In this document: one piece after another, positions 61,670-64,000 of the stretch
Layout: each line of letters opens with the position of its first letter
Numbering within the stretch: position 1 is the first letter of the stretch
Assembly: GCA_051530055.1 (NCBI GenBank)
Contig: CM121341.1
Span: forward strand, 15,416,784 to 15,480,783
Direction of reading: 5' to 3'
DNA length: 64,000 bases
From: Neoechinorhynchus agilis
Lineage: Eukaryota; Animalia; Acanthocephala
Translations under genes and position numbers: made by a program
Notes under the pieces: generated by a model
Database searches by the model: none
What the model was told of the DNA's origin: nothing
The model's input: only the letters and a program-made list of their open reading frames with translations

Positions 61670-63468
61670 ATGTCGACTTTCAAATACGGACAAGCACTGT
61701 TTGAACGGATTAAATCGTCCGCTACTGCGAATGCTCTCAGACTGAGGGTAAAACGCAATTTTTTTGCCTGCTTTATCGCTTTTCATAGGACAATTCAGCT
61801 GTGTTTTTGAAGAAATTGGAAAAACGGCGAAATTGTTCGACTCCGTCCTGTGAAAGGCGACCGCAAAACAATGATCAATGTTCGACCATTCATTCGGCTG
61901 ATTTTATTTGGGCTGGAAAGGTGTTACTGTCGAAAATAGAACCCCCGGATGAACTTGTAAACGGACTTTCACTCGAAAAAGCCATGAATGAACTAGACAT
62001 TGTTCTAAATTTATCACAAATTTCAAGTGAAGAAAGATTACGGAAAATCGAAGAATTGCTGTTTAATGAATACACATTGAGAAAATCTGTACTTGCCGAG
62101 AGGAAAATCAATAGAATAATAAGAGGCGATGTCAACGATCAAGATTTACTTCAGAGGTGTCAAAAATTATTAAAACGAGATTTACGCAATGAACGAAAAA
62201 AAGGAGTCAATATTCTCAGTCTTGATGGCGGGGGAATGAAGTATGTATATATCTTTTAATTGCCTTTAAATATTTACCGTTGCAATTTCAGAGGGTTTGT
62301 GAGTATTCGAGTTCTAAAGCACATAAAAGACGCGCTTAAAACGGATGATCTTTCAACAAATTTTGATTTAATCTGCGGAACGAGCACGGGCTCAGCAATC
62401 AGCGCTGCTTTGATTTTGGGACGCGAAAAATTAAGTTCAGATTATTTTTCAACGGATTTAGACATGAATTTTTGTGTTATTTAATAATTAAAGCATAAAA
62501 ATTCGTGTCCTTTATTTAATATACTGGATCGATTATATTGCCAAGTAGGCAAATCTAATTTTCACAGAAAGACTGCAAATGGATTAGCCGGTCTTTTGAC
62601 TGATCAGTCGTATTATGACACAACGGCTTTTGAGAATGCCCTTAGAAGCATTGTTGGAGAAGAGAGAGAACTTTTGAACACAGGATTGAACAAAGGTCCC
62701 CATGTAAGTATTTTTCATCGTAAAATCAATACGTTTTCTTTTTTGCATTTAAAAATTAGCTCGCTATTGTTTCATCTGCGATGGACAGTGAAGGAAAATA
62801 CGTGCCGTTTATTTTTAGGAATTATGATGGATTTTCTTTGATCACTGATGATGACATACGATTGAACGGATCTTGTAGGTTTAAACTTTGGGAGGCCATT
62901 CGAGCTTCAACCGCGGCTCCCGGATATTTTAAATGACCGCAGGTTTTGTTGGGAATGGAAAATCTGACGATTGAAAAACCGTTCCTTTCAAAAGGAAAAA
63001 TATTTATGGACGGGGGATTGGTTGCTAATAATCCGACTGTGGTAGCTCTTTGTGAATCTCAATCGGTATATAGAAACGCGAAAATGAATTGTGTTATATC
63101 GATTGGAAACGGAAGGTCTGTTCACTCTCAATCTTTGTCAAAAGTGGAGCGAGGCTTGGAAAGGTTTCTGACAGATTCATTGTATGCAATTATTTCTTCT
63201 GCTACGAATACCGATAGTGAGTTCAATTCTATGAGTCTCGAGCGTTCATTTTAAATTAGACGTTCATCAATGCCTTAAAATGAGTCAAATATCGAAGGAA
63301 GGGAGGTATATAAGGCTAAACCCTCGGTTGGACAAACATTACAGTATGACCGAAAGTCGTCCCGAGAAATGGTTAGAGATGAAGGACGGTGTCGATCGGT
63401 GGTTTAATATGGGCGGGTCGTACGGTGGTCGTGATTTGTTGGCAAAAATAAAAGATATGCTTTGTTAG
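61670..63468 (+). CDS. PNPLA8: PNPLA8/iPLA2-gamma-like patatin phospholipase, multi-exon, possibly a pseudogene
   Basis: ILSLDGGGMKG (split by a 53-nt intron), ICGTSTG (nucleophile elbow), WEAIRASTAAPGYF and DGGLVANNP; in-frame TGA at 62934-62936. Confidence 0.85.
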
Positions 63469-64000
63469 TCTATTAGCGAGAATAAAGATATACAGTTGAA
63501 CGTACTTTAGTCGAAATTCAAAGTCGATTGAAGTTAGAAACGGGTTCGTGTTTACCTTATTGGATGTGTTTCTTTTAATTCTGACTCAATTAGCTGTTTT
63601 AAATAACATCTTCTGGGAGTTTTTAGAGATTCGTTTGCCATTGATAAACTCAGCCGATATAATATTACAATTACATTTCCATTTTGTACTTCACTTCAAC
63701 GAATTATTGACAAATTGAATGATTCTGAAAACGAGTGCGGTTAGTAAATCGCGAATCCAGAAGCATAAAGTGACCTCGCTCTGGATATTCGATTAAATTA
63801 GAATCTTATCCCATGGAATCTACAAGCCTTATAAGTTTTGTATTGGTTTGTTTTGAAAGCTTTTGACGCAAAATTGATATGTGATTTAAATAGCGATTCT
63901 CGAAACCACATATTTCAAATATTTTTTCATGCACAATGTAGCTGGGTTATTTAGATGTTGATGTAGAGAATCGCGATAATTTTAGTAACCGTTAAACCAG

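Noticed and set aside
62934-62936. TGA recoding (alternative code or selenocysteine) in PNPLA8
   Set aside because: Single instance; other genes end in TGA, and SLC22 has an in-frame TAA, so ordinary nonsense mutation or error is simpler.

Overview
AT-rich eukaryotic (probably invertebrate animal) genomic window; the species cannot be identified from the sequence. It mixes a few host genes, several with 44-53 nt GT-AG introns, with many transposon relics and local duplications. Host genes or pseudogenes: an RRM protein, a coiled-coil protein, TRIP13/Pch2-like, ATMIN/ASCIZ-like, DP (TFDP), an SLC22 transporter, an Mps1/TTK-like kinase, NKAP, and PNPLA8-like patatin (two inverted copies at the window ends). 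Mobile DNA: a Penelope element with a 10-bp TSD, a Tigger/pogo element with TIRs and TA TSD, one near-full and six partial CRE-clade non-LTR elements, and RTE, Ty3/gypsy and hAT relics. An 8.1-kb macrosatellite has ~1056-bp monomers in a 3-monomer higher-order repeat. The standout signal is a dispersed SINE-like family with a tRNA-like head. It carries all hammerhead ribozyme core nucleotides, with compensatory base changes, but in a strand order (GAAA strand, then CUGAUGA strand, then NUH strand) that is not a type I, II or III circular permutation. A decayed copy of this motif sits in the macrosatellite monomers. Three further families of minimal Penelope-type hammerheads are also present. 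Alignments and folds were done by eye, and ribozyme activity is untested.
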